Shown: positions 1-8,921, counted from the first letter of the stretch. The stretch is 64,000 bases of DNA from an uncultured delta proteobacterium (GCA_963699755.1 CAVOVB010000006.1:1-64000), one strand, 5' to 3'. A program made the numbers and translations. The notes: a model not told the origin generated them from the sequence alone.

Positions 1-70
1 GCGTGGCGAGCCGCGACCAGAGACGGGCGGCACGATGTGCGACGTGGGAGCTTTTGAGGTGCAGCCGTAA
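1..70 (+). CDS. 3' end of a gene entering the window; tail resembles a choice-of-anchor Q domain C-terminus
   Basis: Frame 2 reads RGEPRPETGGTMCDVGAFEVQP* (TAA 68-70), matching the (DQ)RG..RP....CD(I/V)GAFE end motif. Confidence 0.7.
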   Translation, partial: RGEPRPETGGTMCDVGAFEVQP

Positions 71-85
71 ACCCAGGAGGTTGTC

Positions 86-919
86 ATGAGGTACTTATTC
101 GGAATTGTGTGCGTCTGCGCGCTGGGCATGCTGCCGCTGGTTGGGTGCAGTGATAACAACGGTGGCGGCGGTAGCGGTGGCTCGGCTGGAACGGGGGGCG
201 CTGGTGCGACTGGTGGCACAGCATCTACCGTGCGGGTTTCCTTCATTGGTGACTCGATTACCGAGCAGGTGGGCACGCCAGAGAATCCGGTCAACTACCC
301 GGAACACTTGGTGTCGCTGCTGGGCGACGACTTCGAGTTGGCGAACTTCGGCGTCGGCGGCGCGACGATGCTTCGAACCAGCACTATTGCGGTGTGGGAC
401 CTTCCTGAGTTTGAAGAAGCCAAAGGCTTCGAGCCTCACGTGGTTACGGTCATGCTTGGCACGAACGACACCAAACCTCAGCACTGGGACGCTGCCGCTT
501 TTGAGTCGGACTACAGCGACATGATCGAAGAGCTGCAGTCGCTCCCTTCGAAGCCGACCGTCCTGCTCTTACTTCCCGTGCCGGTATTTGGAGCAAACGA
601 GTGGGCGATCCGAGGCGACGTTCTTCGTGACGAGGTGATTCCGATCATCGAGCAGCTCGGAGGGGAGTACGTGCTCGACGTCGTCGATCTCTACACTCCT
701 TTTCTCAACCAAGGTGAGCTTTTCCCCGACAACCTTCATCCAACTGCTGAAGGTGGCTTGCTCATCGCGCAGCAGCTCGTCGCTCCGCTCGAAGCGGCTG
801 CGAGAGCTCGCGGGTTCCAGTTGGCGGACGAGGAGCAACTCGGCGCGACCCTTCCCCAAGGAGCGAATCACGAAGTGGGGCCGCTCTGCGACGTGGGTGC
901 GTTTGAGGTGCAGCCGTAG
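86..919 (+). CDS. SGNH/GDSL hydrolase lipoprotein
   Basis: GGAGG RBS; lipobox LVGC; Gly-rich linker; FIGDSIT (block I), GVGG (II), LGTND (III), DNLHP (V). Confidence 0.88.
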   Translation: MRYLFGIVCVCALGMLPLVGCSDNNGGGGSGGSAGTGGAGATGGTASTVRVSFIGDSITEQVGTPENPVNYPEHLVSLLGDDFELANFGVGGATMLRTSTIAVWDLPEFEEAKGFEPHVVTVMLGTNDTKPQHWDAAAFESDYSDMIEELQSLPSKPTVLLLLPVPVFGANEWAIRGDVLRDEVIPIIEQLGGEYVLDVVDLYTPFLNQGELFPDNLHPTAEGGLLIAQQLVAPLEAAARARGFQLADEEQLGATLPQGANHEVGPLCDVGAFEVQP

Positions 920-940
920 AGGTGACCAACGAGGTGGGTC

Positions 941-2602
941 ATGCGTTACGTATTCGGATTTCTAGGCGTCTCTGCGCTGAGCCTGATGTCGTCACTCGGA
1001 TGCGGCGATGAAGCGGGCACCAAAGCGGGCCACTTGGTCGCTCCGGCGGTCGAGGGCGTTGCGTACGAAACCGACACGCACCAGGGGTTGACCGATCCCG
1101 AGGGAGGATTCCGTTACGAGCCAGGCGAGACTGTTCGGTTCATGGTCGGCAAGACCCTGCTCGGCGAGGTGCCCGCGCGACGCGAAGTCACGCCCTTCGA
1201 CCTCACGGGCGCACCGATTGTCACGGGCACGCTCCGACTCTGCGAGGCGCTTGGAACCGGCCATCTCGGGCTCCTTCCAAGACACCCGTGCGCGAAGAAC
1301 TTCTATGTCCCGCCAGCTAGGAGCAGCGCGGCGTTCAGTGCGCTGGTCAACCTGGTCGTGCTTCTGCAAAGCCTGGACCAGGACGCCAATCCCGACAACG
1401 GAATCCGGATCACCTCGGAGGTGCGGGGGCTGATGACCCACGCGGCGATCGATCTCACCCAGCCCTGGACATACTTCGCCGAAGACTTCCAGTTTCGTCG
1501 TGTGCTCGGGGAAGCGCATCAGCGGGGGCTGTTCAGCCGAGTGCACGGTGCCACCAACCCGGCGCCGGCGCTTCAGCGCCTGTACGAAGAGCTCGACATC
1601 AATCCTGGAATCCACGGGGTCGTCGTTGCGCTGACGGACTACAACTTCATCTACGAACAGCCCGACCTAATCGAGCGCTTCGCGTATGACGCAGCGGGCA
1701 ACTGGACCCGCAGAGAAGAGGACCGAAACGAAGATGGGGTCGTGGATTGGTACCAAACCTGGGAGTACGATTCCGACGGCAACCAAACGCGCTGGAATCT
1801 CTACGAGAAACCCGGCTCCATCTGGGTATACGACGAGTTGGGATACCTCGTTGAGAAACACTCGGCAGAGTATGCGTTTACGTATGAGCGCGACCCATAC
1901 GGTAGCGTGACCCGGGAGATCAGCGAGGACCTGGCCGCCCAACGTACCACCACGCAGAACTGGACCTACGACGAGGCGGGGCGGTCACTAGGGAGCGTGA
2001 GCGACGTCAACGGTGTTTTCGAACGGCGGACTGTCTACCACTACGACGAAGACGGCAATCTCACGCTACACGAAAGCGACTACGATGACGACGGCATCGC
2101 TGACGCCGTTTGGATATACGAATACAACTCTCAAGGATTGCGGACGCGAACCGAACGGGACTACGATGCGGATGGCGTGCTCGATTACATCGTGATCTCA
2201 GAATACGACACTAGCGGGAACACCACGCGTACCGACTTAGACGAGGACGGCAATGGCGAGCCGGAGAGCATTGAGACCTTCGAGTACGACAACGCAGGGA
2301 ACCTGACCCGCTCTACGTGGACGGTCGACCTCGATGGGGATGATGTCCTCGAAACCTATACGCTCGAGTACCGGCCCGACGGGAGGCCTGGAATCGACGG
2401 GATTGAGTACGATGCAGACGGCGACCCACTCCGTGTCTGGGACGGGACACTCACTTGGCTCTGGACTTACGATGCCGATGGCAATCCAACCCGCGAAGAA
2501 GCGGTGACCACCAACGGGCACACGGAATGGGTCACGACCTTCGAGTACGAGCCGACCGGGTTTGCGTATGTAGTCGGGCTCTGGCCGCCCCCCCAATTTT
2601 AG
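941..2602 (+). CDS. Lipoprotein with YD/RHS-like and DxDxDG repeats
   Basis: Signal MRYVFGFLGVSALSLMSSLGC; repeated YDxxGNxT units interleaved with DxDxDG motifs; no RHS core DPxG or toxin tip seen. Confidence 0.8.
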   Translation: MRYVFGFLGVSALSLMSSLGCGDEAGTKAGHLVAPAVEGVAYETDTHQGLTDPEGGFRYEPGETVRFMVGKTLLGEVPARREVTPFDLTGAPIVTGTLRLCEALGTGHLGLLPRHPCAKNFYVPPARSSAAFSALVNLVVLLQSLDQDANPDNGIRITSEVRGLMTHAAIDLTQPWTYFAEDFQFRRVLGEAHQRGLFSRVHGATNPAPALQRLYEELDINPGIHGVVVALTDYNFIYEQPDLIERFAYDAAGNWTRREEDRNEDGVVDWYQTWEYDSDGNQTRWNLYEKPGSIWVYDELGYLVEKHSAEYAFTYERDPYGSVTREISEDLAAQRTTTQNWTYDEAGRSLGSVSDVNGVFERRTVYHYDEDGNLTLHESDYDDDGIADAVWIYEYNSQGLRTRTERDYDADGVLDYIVISEYDTSGNTTRTDLDEDGNGEPESIETFEYDNAGNLTRSTWTVDLDGDDVLETYTLEYRPDGRPGIDGIEYDADGDPLRVWDGTLTWLWTYDADGNPTREEAVTTNGHTEWVTTFEYEPTGFAYVVGLWPPPQF

Positions 2603-3070
2603 CACTGCTGCGTACGAGAACATTCTGGAGTTACGGTGGCGCATTTGCGACGGCGTTGATAACACTCAAAAACCGTTGAACGGGCGGCGCGCAAGCGCGA
2701 CAGGATTCGCCGCGATTTGCCTCCAACCTCGCTCGGTGAGCCTGATGCCGGGCGGTCCTGAGGCGATCGTGGACTCGATCGGCTTGATCGAAGTAGACCA
2801 CCCTCGGACGTTCGCGTGATAGCTAACGGGCGATTGTGGAACGCGGAATGCGGACGTGATGAAAAAACCGGGGGTTGCCCGTCTGGCAGACAATCTCTCG
2901 GATCCGATGGTTGTAGCGACGACGGCTTCGCAGGGGCTGCGACATGGCTCAGGGTCTGGCACACCGACCGGTCTGAGCGAGCTCGAGTTCCGGAGCAGGA
3001 GAGGGCGGTTTCACCCGGAGTGTCGCAGTTGCGAACAGGGGTGTTGTGAATGTCTGGGGACGTAGCAGTG
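2603..3070. mobile_element. Putative MITE or internally deleted IS remnant bounded by imperfect inverted ends
   Basis: 2603-2651 and the reverse complement of 3022-3070 align ungapped (29/49) in three blocks: CACTGCTRCGT, ACATTC, CGCAnnTGCGAC; no convincing transposase inside. Confidence 0.45.
3015..3068. repeat. 54-bp direct repeat, copy 1 (copy 2 at 4263-4316)
   Basis: 51/54 identical by manual alignment; internal dyad TCGCA-GT-TGCGA; upstream GGCGGTTTCACC also shared. Confidence 0.9.
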
Positions 3071-3092
3071 TCGAGTGCGATCGCGTCGCTCA

Positions 3093-3848
3093 TTAAGGCG
3101 GTGGCAGACAAAACGGCGCTTCGTCGCCCTCCTGCTGGCATATGTAGTCAGGGGTCAAGGTGCTGCAGTCGAGCATGTTCACCCAGTCGAACACCGGATC
3201 GCTTCCGCTGCCCATGTTCTGGCACTCCTGAATCCAGACCACGTCTTCGGGGTTGCATCGCTGCTCGAGCTCGTTCTGCGCCGAGCAGGTAGGGCCTTCG
3301 ACACAAGTCGGAACGAAGGTGCCAAGCTCGCACACCCGGTCCGGCGGGCAGACCTCTGTGACGACCCAATCGCCCTCGTCGTCGCAGGTTTCGATCGCTT
3401 CACCCTCCGCGGCACATCGACTCTCACCCACCGCGCAAGAGGCGCCGACGCAGGAGGCGGCATCGTCTCGGACCACGCATACACGCGCGTCGCCGCAGAC
3501 TTCATCCGGCTCCCAATTGCCGTACTCGTCGCAGAGGGTGACCCGTCCGTAGTCGGTCGTGCACCGTGTTTGTCCCTCTTCGCACGGCCGACCCACGCAG
3601 ATCGGTTCGCCGTCGACGTGGCTGCAAACCATCCCGAAGTCGTCGCACGCCGATTCGACCTGCCACTCCAAAGTGTCGACGCAAACCAGAACGTTCAACG
3701 ACTCGGAGGTGTCTCGATCCAAGTCGCAATCCTTGTCGCCGATCGAGTCGCACGTATCGCCCGCCTCAGGGGGATATACAGGGTCGCACGTGCATCCGGT
3801 CCACAGGAGCACCATGGCAGCACCCATCAGTGCGAGAAGCGGTTGCAT
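3093..3848 (-). CDS. Cysteine-rich repeat lipoprotein
   Basis: GGAGGT RBS before ATG 3848; MQPLLALMGAAMVLLWTGC lipobox; repeated C-x-x-G-x-x-R-C...C-D-x-x-G-x-W...C modules. The ORF-track extension to 4436 is not supported. Confidence 0.78.
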   Translation of the reverse strand: MQPLLALMGAAMVLLWTGCTCDPVYPPEAGDTCDSIGDKDCDLDRDTSESLNVLVCVDTLEWQVESACDDFGMVCSHVDGEPICVGRPCEEGQTRCTTDYGRVTLCDEYGNWEPDEVCGDARVCVVRDDAASCVGASCAVGESRCAAEGEAIETCDDEGDWVVTEVCPPDRVCELGTFVPTCVEGPTCSAQNELEQRCNPEDVVWIQECQNMGSGSDPVFDWVNMLDCSTLTPDYICQQEGDEAPFCLPPP

Positions 3849-3984
3849 CTCAATACCTCCCATCGGCGAAACGCTAGGGTCGACGGCACCGAACTTCCAG
3901 GCACATGCATCGACGGGCCCGTGCGGGGAGCCTTTGTACTGACCATGCCGTGACATTCGGCACATGGCGGGCGTAGAATGCGCC

Positions 3985-4259
3985 ATGCCCAAGCTGACGC
4001 CCCGTGAGACCGATTTCATCGACGTCGCCCCGATCCAGCTCGCTACCGTGGCGACCGTCGCAGCCACACCGGACGAGGTGTGGGCGGTCATCGCCGACAA
4101 CGAGCGATGGCCCGAACGGTTCAAGGCGGCCAAAGCCTGCCGCACGACCTCCGACGTCGCAGGGGGGTCGGATCGACGCGATGGATTCACGTGGACTTGT
4201 TCAAGGTCACCGAGCGTTTCATCGCCTGGGATCCGCCGAGAAGGCGGTTTCACCTTTAG
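3985..4259 (+). pseudogene. Frameshifted, truncated SRPBCC (polyketide cyclase-like) protein
   Basis: MPKLTP...ATPDEVWAVIADNERWPERF then, after a frame change in the G-run near 4162-4167, GSTRWIHVDLFKVTERFIAWDPP; ends at repeat copy 2. Confidence 0.7.
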
Positions 4260-4262
4260 TTT

Positions 4263-4316
4263 CCGGGGTGTCGCAGTTGCGAACAGGGGTGTTGCGAATG
4301 TCTGTGGACGTAGCAG
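4263..4316. repeat. 54-bp direct repeat, copy 2
   Basis: Near-identical to 3015-3068. Confidence 0.9.
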
Positions 4317-4442
4317 CGGAAGGCACGCAAGCGCGTCCGCACCGAAGGTGGCCTCAGCAAGAAGAAGGTCAACATCGACGCCTGCCTCAGGACGAACGCG
4401 AACGAAGCGATTCGGTACTTGCAGAGCCTCTGACAAGCCTCC

Positions 4443-7160
4443 CTAGGGGCTGGGGTTTGGACACTGGTCGTTGTAGGTGCACATACCGCCGCCGCAGTTG
4501 ACCTGCACGACGTTGTACTCGTTGTTGGAGAAGCCCTCACAGTCAGCCGTGACGGATACCGACCCACATTGGCCTTCGCCGGTGTAGTACACGACGCCTT
4601 CGAGCCACCCGGACACGTTGGTGTCACTGACCGTGGCGCTCACGGTTGCGGGTGTTTCGTAGCAAGACTGCAGCATGATGCCGGTAGCGAGTTGCTCACG
4701 ATTCGGATGTGCGAGCGTCGAATCGTAGATGCTGAGCGAGGTCGAGCCGCCATTCCATGGACCCCAAATGATGCCGAAATCCGTATTCGAGCCGGCTTCG
4801 ACCGTGACATCGCACAAAGTGACGTGCTGTGCGTCGAGGCAGTCGATGATGGGCTCCGCCTCTCCGCCCTCGATGGTGAGGTTCTTGATCGTGGCGCTAC
4901 CGTAGGTCTTCAGACCGATGCCACCGTATGGATCACCGGTCATGACGATCGTGGTTTGACCGCTGCCTGCGCCGACGAGCGTCATGTCTCTCACGAGGAG
5001 GTTCGCTCCGAACGGCCCGAACTCGGGAGTTGGCCACTGCATCAGCGGTGGAGAGTAGGTCCCGGCCGCGAGCTTGATGACGGAGCCTGGGGACATCGTC
5101 TGCAAGGCATCTTGGAGCTCGCCTTCGGTCGAGACTTCGATGTCGGGTTGTGGTTGCCCGCCGCACGGGTCCTCGATCCACACCTCGAGCTTGCTCAGCT
5201 TGCTCGGGGTACCCGGTGGGTAGTTCCACTGCGGGTCGACGACAAAGATGTACGCGAGCTCGTCCGGGGTCAGCTTCGCCATCAAGTCGCCGGTGCTGCC
5301 GGAAATGTTGCGAACCGTATCCGAGGCCTGCACGTCGTAGTTTTCTGTGTCGACGACGATCAGCATGGCGTCGTAGCCCTGGAACGGCGCGAGGAAGCGC
5401 ACGTTGAGCGTGCCGGAGAGATCGAGACTCTCTACCTGAATCACGTCTGCGGTGCCGTGTGGAGCGAGAGTGAAGCCGACCTCGACTGCGTCGTCCTCCG
5501 AGGCGCCAGCGAGCTGGGAGATGATCGTGCCGTTCTTGTAGATGATGGCCTTCGGTTCTCCGAGCTCGTCGGAGCCCTTGGACCAGAGCTCATCGTCCCG
5601 GGTTTCCGAGATGTCGAAGTCCTTTAGGTAGCGGGCTCGGTAGGTGAAATCGAGGAAGTCGACGTCAGACCAGAGCTTCTTGAACGAGAGGAGGTGGTCG
5701 ACGAGGGCGACGTTCTCCACTGGATTACGGGCGCCGGGCAGCGTGCTGTGCGTGTTGGCGTAGTGGTCCTCCAGCATGCGCTTGATGATCCCGGTGTTGA
5801 AAGTCTCGGCGTACTTCCAGAAGGCGACGTTGTGGTAGGCGTACCGCGACACCGTATTCGTGACTGCCTTCAGGATCGGAATGTCGAATCGACTCCACGG
5901 CGTTGCGTGGTACAGACCGCGGATCTGGTCGTAGACTTCGTCCATGGCCCAGGTCGCCGTTCCCTCGGCGAACCAGCCGTCCAACTCGTGGTAGCTCCAG
6001 GAGGACAGGCGGTTTGTGTAGTGGTTCTGAATCAGGTGGAAGAACTCGTGCGCCACGACCTTCTTCACGTGGTCTTCGGAAGTCAACGTGTGACTGAGGT
6101 GAATCGTATGCCGGTCGAAGAACGGGACGTACGCGTCCCATTTCTTCGGCAGCGGCCCGACATAGACGACGATGGCGCCGTCCGGGCCTCGGTATCCGCG
6201 ACTATCCATTAGGTGCGCGCGCGAGTCAGCCAGCCCTTGGACGATGGCGTTCTTGAAGTTGGTGATCGTGATGCGCGTCGGATTGCGTTTGAAGGTGATG
6301 ATGGGGGCTGGCGTTGCCGCCTTCGGCGCTGCCGCCGCGACGAGGGGAACCACCTCCGCGTCCAACGGCTCGCTCAACTGAACGAGCTGAAAGCGTTTGC
6401 GGTCGTAGATTTCGCCATGCGCCGTACCATCCTCGTCGACTCTCGTGACCGGAACCAGCACGTAGTCGGCGAGTGGCGCTTGGCTTCCTTCGAAGTCACT
6501 GCCGTCGGCGGGCGGCACTGGATGGGCAATCATGCGGACCAGCCACGCGAGCTCGCTCGGGTCGACCCCCTGAGCGCCGGGGTCTTGCACCGAAATGGCC
6601 ACGGCTTCGCTCGGCTTGAGCGGCATGTCGACGTCGTAGGCGCTGCCCAATGCCGTGAGCTCGCCAACGCCGATGGCCCGTGCGGCTGGGGGCACCATTG
6701 AGGGCAACTGGGTGAGCTGGAGCTCGATAGCCTCGGGAGCGACGTTCAGTGGGATGGTCACGCTGCACGCACCCTGGGAGACCGACCCACCAGCCTCGTC
6801 GATCTCGGTGCGCGCCTTTGGTTGCTCTTCGACGAGCACAGTCGTCGTGTCGTCGGTGGTCGATTGACCGTCGGACACCGTCACCGTGACTTCGTATGTT
6901 CCCGCGCTTTCAAACCGGTGAAGCAAGCGCGCGCCTCCCGAGACGGGGCCTTCACCCAAGTCCCAGGTGTACGTTAGCTCCTGCTCGGCCGCGGGCTCGA
7001 CTCCGGAGTCGAGGACCACCTCGCACGGAACGTCGCAGACCTCGGGGTCGGCGAAGAGCTCCGCCTCGGGTGGGGGCGCCGCACCGTCACTGCTGCAAGC
7101 AGTCCACCCGAGTACGGCGACCGCCAACATCATCCAGAGCACCAGAAGCGAACGCATCAT
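4443..7160 (-). CDS. Large lipoprotein: PKD domain, HEXXH zinc-metallopeptidase-like domain and C-terminal pectin-lyase-like beta-helix
   Basis: Start MMRSLLVLW...WTAC; PKD motif YTWDLGEG...H.FESAGTYEVTVTV; AHEFFHLIQ...WFAEGTATW; LQDAL...PGSVIKLAAGTY...LVGAG beta-helix cap. Confidence 0.8.
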   Translation of the reverse strand: MMRSLLVLWMMLAVAVLGWTACSSDGAAPPPEAELFADPEVCDVPCEVVLDSGVEPAAEQELTYTWDLGEGPVSGGARLLHRFESAGTYEVTVTVSDGQSTTDDTTTVLVEEQPKARTEIDEAGGSVSQGACSVTIPLNVAPEAIELQLTQLPSMVPPAARAIGVGELTALGSAYDVDMPLKPSEAVAISVQDPGAQGVDPSELAWLVRMIAHPVPPADGSDFEGSQAPLADYVLVPVTRVDEDGTAHGEIYDRKRFQLVQLSEPLDAEVVPLVAAAAPKAATPAPIITFKRNPTRITITNFKNAIVQGLADSRAHLMDSRGYRGPDGAIVVYVGPLPKKWDAYVPFFDRHTIHLSHTLTSEDHVKKVVAHEFFHLIQNHYTNRLSSWSYHELDGWFAEGTATWAMDEVYDQIRGLYHATPWSRFDIPILKAVTNTVSRYAYHNVAFWKYAETFNTGIIKRMLEDHYANTHSTLPGARNPVENVALVDHLLSFKKLWSDVDFLDFTYRARYLKDFDISETRDDELWSKGSDELGEPKAIIYKNGTIISQLAGASEDDAVEVGFTLAPHGTADVIQVESLDLSGTLNVRFLAPFQGYDAMLIVVDTENYDVQASDTVRNISGSTGDLMAKLTPDELAYIFVVDPQWNYPPGTPSKLSKLEVWIEDPCGGQPQPDIEVSTEGELQDALQTMSPGSVIKLAAGTYSPPLMQWPTPEFGPFGANLLVRDMTLVGAGSGQTTIVMTGDPYGGIGLKTYGSATIKNLTIEGGEAEPIIDCLDAQHVTLCDVTVEAGSNTDFGIIWGPWNGGSTSLSIYDSTLAHPNREQLATGIMLQSCYETPATVSATVSDTNVSGWLEGVVYYTGEGQCGSVSVTADCEGFSNNEYNVVQVNCGGGMCTYNDQCPNPSP

Positions 7161-7201
7161 GACCTCTCTTGCGACCTCGAGCCCGCCCCCTTCAGTTGGT
7201 A

Positions 7202-7217
7202 AGCAAGCGGCGTGCCA
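7202..7217 (-). promoter_or_regulatory. Sigma-54 -24/-12 promoter for the PKD metallopeptidase gene
   Basis: Minus strand TGGCACG-CCGC-TTGCT, a full match to TGGCACG-N4-TTGCW, about 40 bp upstream of the start. Confidence 0.75.
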
Positions 7218-7643
7218 CGGGAATTCACTGAAGATTCGTGGTCTTTTCGTTGACCCGTTCGCGCAGGGTTTGCGTTGCGGGGAACCGGGCGCGAATCCTG
7301 CGCCCGCACGCTTGAATCGCGGATTCACCTCTGCGTACTGTCGTTCCTGAGAACTTCATCCGCGCCAAGATCATAGCCGGTAGTGTGACGAAGGCGGAGC
7401 ATAGTCGACATAAACGCCCATTCCGGTTCGGGTCCTTGGCGACATAACGAGCTAGTACCGCGAAATTCGGTTGTCGTTCCTCACAAGGTCATCCATCTCG
7501 AGATGATAGCCCCCAATGTCCGCGGAGGCGATCAAGCGGACGGGGTGCGAGCCCTCACGTGCGTTGGTGACGTGACCTGCCCCCGGAATTTCGGACCACT
7601 AAAAACGTGACAGACTGCCTCTTCGGGACCGTCCGGAGAGCGC

Positions 7644-7901
7644 ATGAGGAAGAGTCGATTCAGGGAAGAGCAGAAGGTGAAGATGGTGCGGGAGACCGAG
7701 CAGAGCTCGATCGCGGAAGTCGCCAAGAAACACGGGGTGAGCGTCGAGACGCTGTACCGGTGGCGCCGGGCGTACGGCGGCATGGAGCTCCCCGAGGTCA
7801 AGCGTTTGAAGCAGCTTGAGCAGGAAAACACCCGGCTCAAGAAGCTGCTCGCCGAGCGCGACCTCGAGGTCGAGGCGATGAAGGAGATCGCCGCGAAATA
7901 A
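7644..7901 (+). CDS. IS3 transposase OrfA (HTH plus leucine zipper)
   Basis: MRKSRF.EEQ...KHGVS..TLYRWRR.YGGM...RLKQLEQEN.RLKKL. Confidence 0.9.
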   Translation: MRKSRFREEQKVKMVRETEQSSIAEVAKKHGVSVETLYRWRRAYGGMELPEVKRLKQLEQENTRLKKLLAERDLEVEAMKEIAAK

Positions 7902-8761
7902 TGGTGAGTGTGTCGACACGCCGCCAGCAGGTGGCGTACGCCCGAGCGCGGGGCGTTTCATGTCGGCGTGCATGCGTGCTTCTGAGCGTGGCTCGCTCGT
8001 CGTTGCACTACGAGTCGAAGATGGCGGTCAAAGACGCGCCCGTGGTCGCACGGATGCACGTGCACTCGGCGCGCTATCCGCGCTGGGGCTACCGGCGTGT
8101 CCGCATCCTGCTCGGTCGGGACGGCATCCGGATGAGCCCGGGACGAGCGCATCGACTGTGGAAGAAGGCGGGGCTTCAAGTCCCGAAGAAACGGCGCCGA
8201 CGGCGCCTTGCAGCGAGTCGCCCGCGACCTCATCCGCCGACCGGCCCCAATCAGGTCTGGGCCTACGACTTCGTCTTCGATGCGTGTGCCAAAGGACAAA
8301 AGCTCAAGTGCCTGACCGTGGTCGACGAGTGGACCCACGAAGCGCTCGCCATCGATGTCGGCGGGAGCATTCGCTCGAGCCGCGTCATCGAAGTACTCGA
8401 CCGGCTCGTCGTCGAGCGCGGAGCACCTGAGACCTTGCGTTCGGACAACGGGCCGGAGTTCGTGTCGCTGGCCGTGCTCGGTTGGCTCAGTCGCTCCGGC
8501 GTCAAGAGCGCCTTCATTGCTCCAGGCAAGCCCTGGCAGAACGCCACCAACGAGAGCTTCAACGGGAAGTTCCGCGACGAGTGCCTCAACATGCACTGGT
8601 TTTCGAGCCGTGCTGAAGCCCGCGTGTGCATCGAGCAACAGCGACGCGAATACAACGAGGTCCGCCCTCATTCGTCCATCGCCTGCTTGACCCCGGCGGC
8701 CTTTGTTCGCCAGAACCGTTCAACCCCTAACCTTGGTCGAGGAGAGGCAGCCCTGTCCTAA
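7901..8761 (+). CDS. IS3 transposase OrfB (rve DDE integrase core)
   Basis: WAYDF, VVDEWT, RSDNGPEF, PGKPWQN..NESFNGKFRDECLN, YNEVRPHSS. Confidence 0.92.
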   Translation: MVSVSTRRQQVAYARARGVSCRRACVLLSVARSSLHYESKMAVKDAPVVARMHVHSARYPRWGYRRVRILLGRDGIRMSPGRAHRLWKKAGLQVPKKRRRRRLAASRPRPHPPTGPNQVWAYDFVFDACAKGQKLKCLTVVDEWTHEALAIDVGGSIRSSRVIEVLDRLVVERGAPETLRSDNGPEFVSLAVLGWLSRSGVKSAFIAPGKPWQNATNESFNGKFRDECLNMHWFSSRAEARVCIEQQRREYNEVRPHSSIACLTPAAFVRQNRSTPNLGRGEAALS

Positions 8762-8823
8762 CTCGTGGTCCGAGGAAACAGGGCAGGTCACCCTGCCCAA
8801 CTGCGTGAGCATCGGTGTAAGAA

Positions 8824-8921
8824 GCGCAACCGTGCGCAACGGAGCGCAACAATCGGATCGATCATGCAATCGGCCGCGTGTGCCACGCCAATTCGCGCAA
8901 GAACGTGCAACACCACGCAAC
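8824..8921. repeat. Helically phased (G/A)(C/T)GCAA repeats, two triplets with 10-bp period
   Basis: GCGCAAC at 8824, 8834, 8844; GCGCAAG, GTGCAAC, ACGCAAC at 8895, 8905, 8915. Confidence 0.6.

Larger units (their letters stand above)
7573..8790 (+). mobile_element. IS3-family insertion sequence (IS407-like), 1218 bp
   Basis: TG...CA ends; inverted repeats TGACCTGCCC...TCGGACCAC at both ends; orfA/orfB pair; no target-site duplication. Confidence 0.92.

Noticed and set aside
3849..4436. N-terminal extension of ORF 3093..4436 and similar long ORF-track starts (7328, 9473, 14351, 23887, 29131, 31656, 34329, 44024)
   Set aside because: The extensions cross repeats or neighbouring genes; downstream starts have an RBS, signal peptide or family N-terminus.
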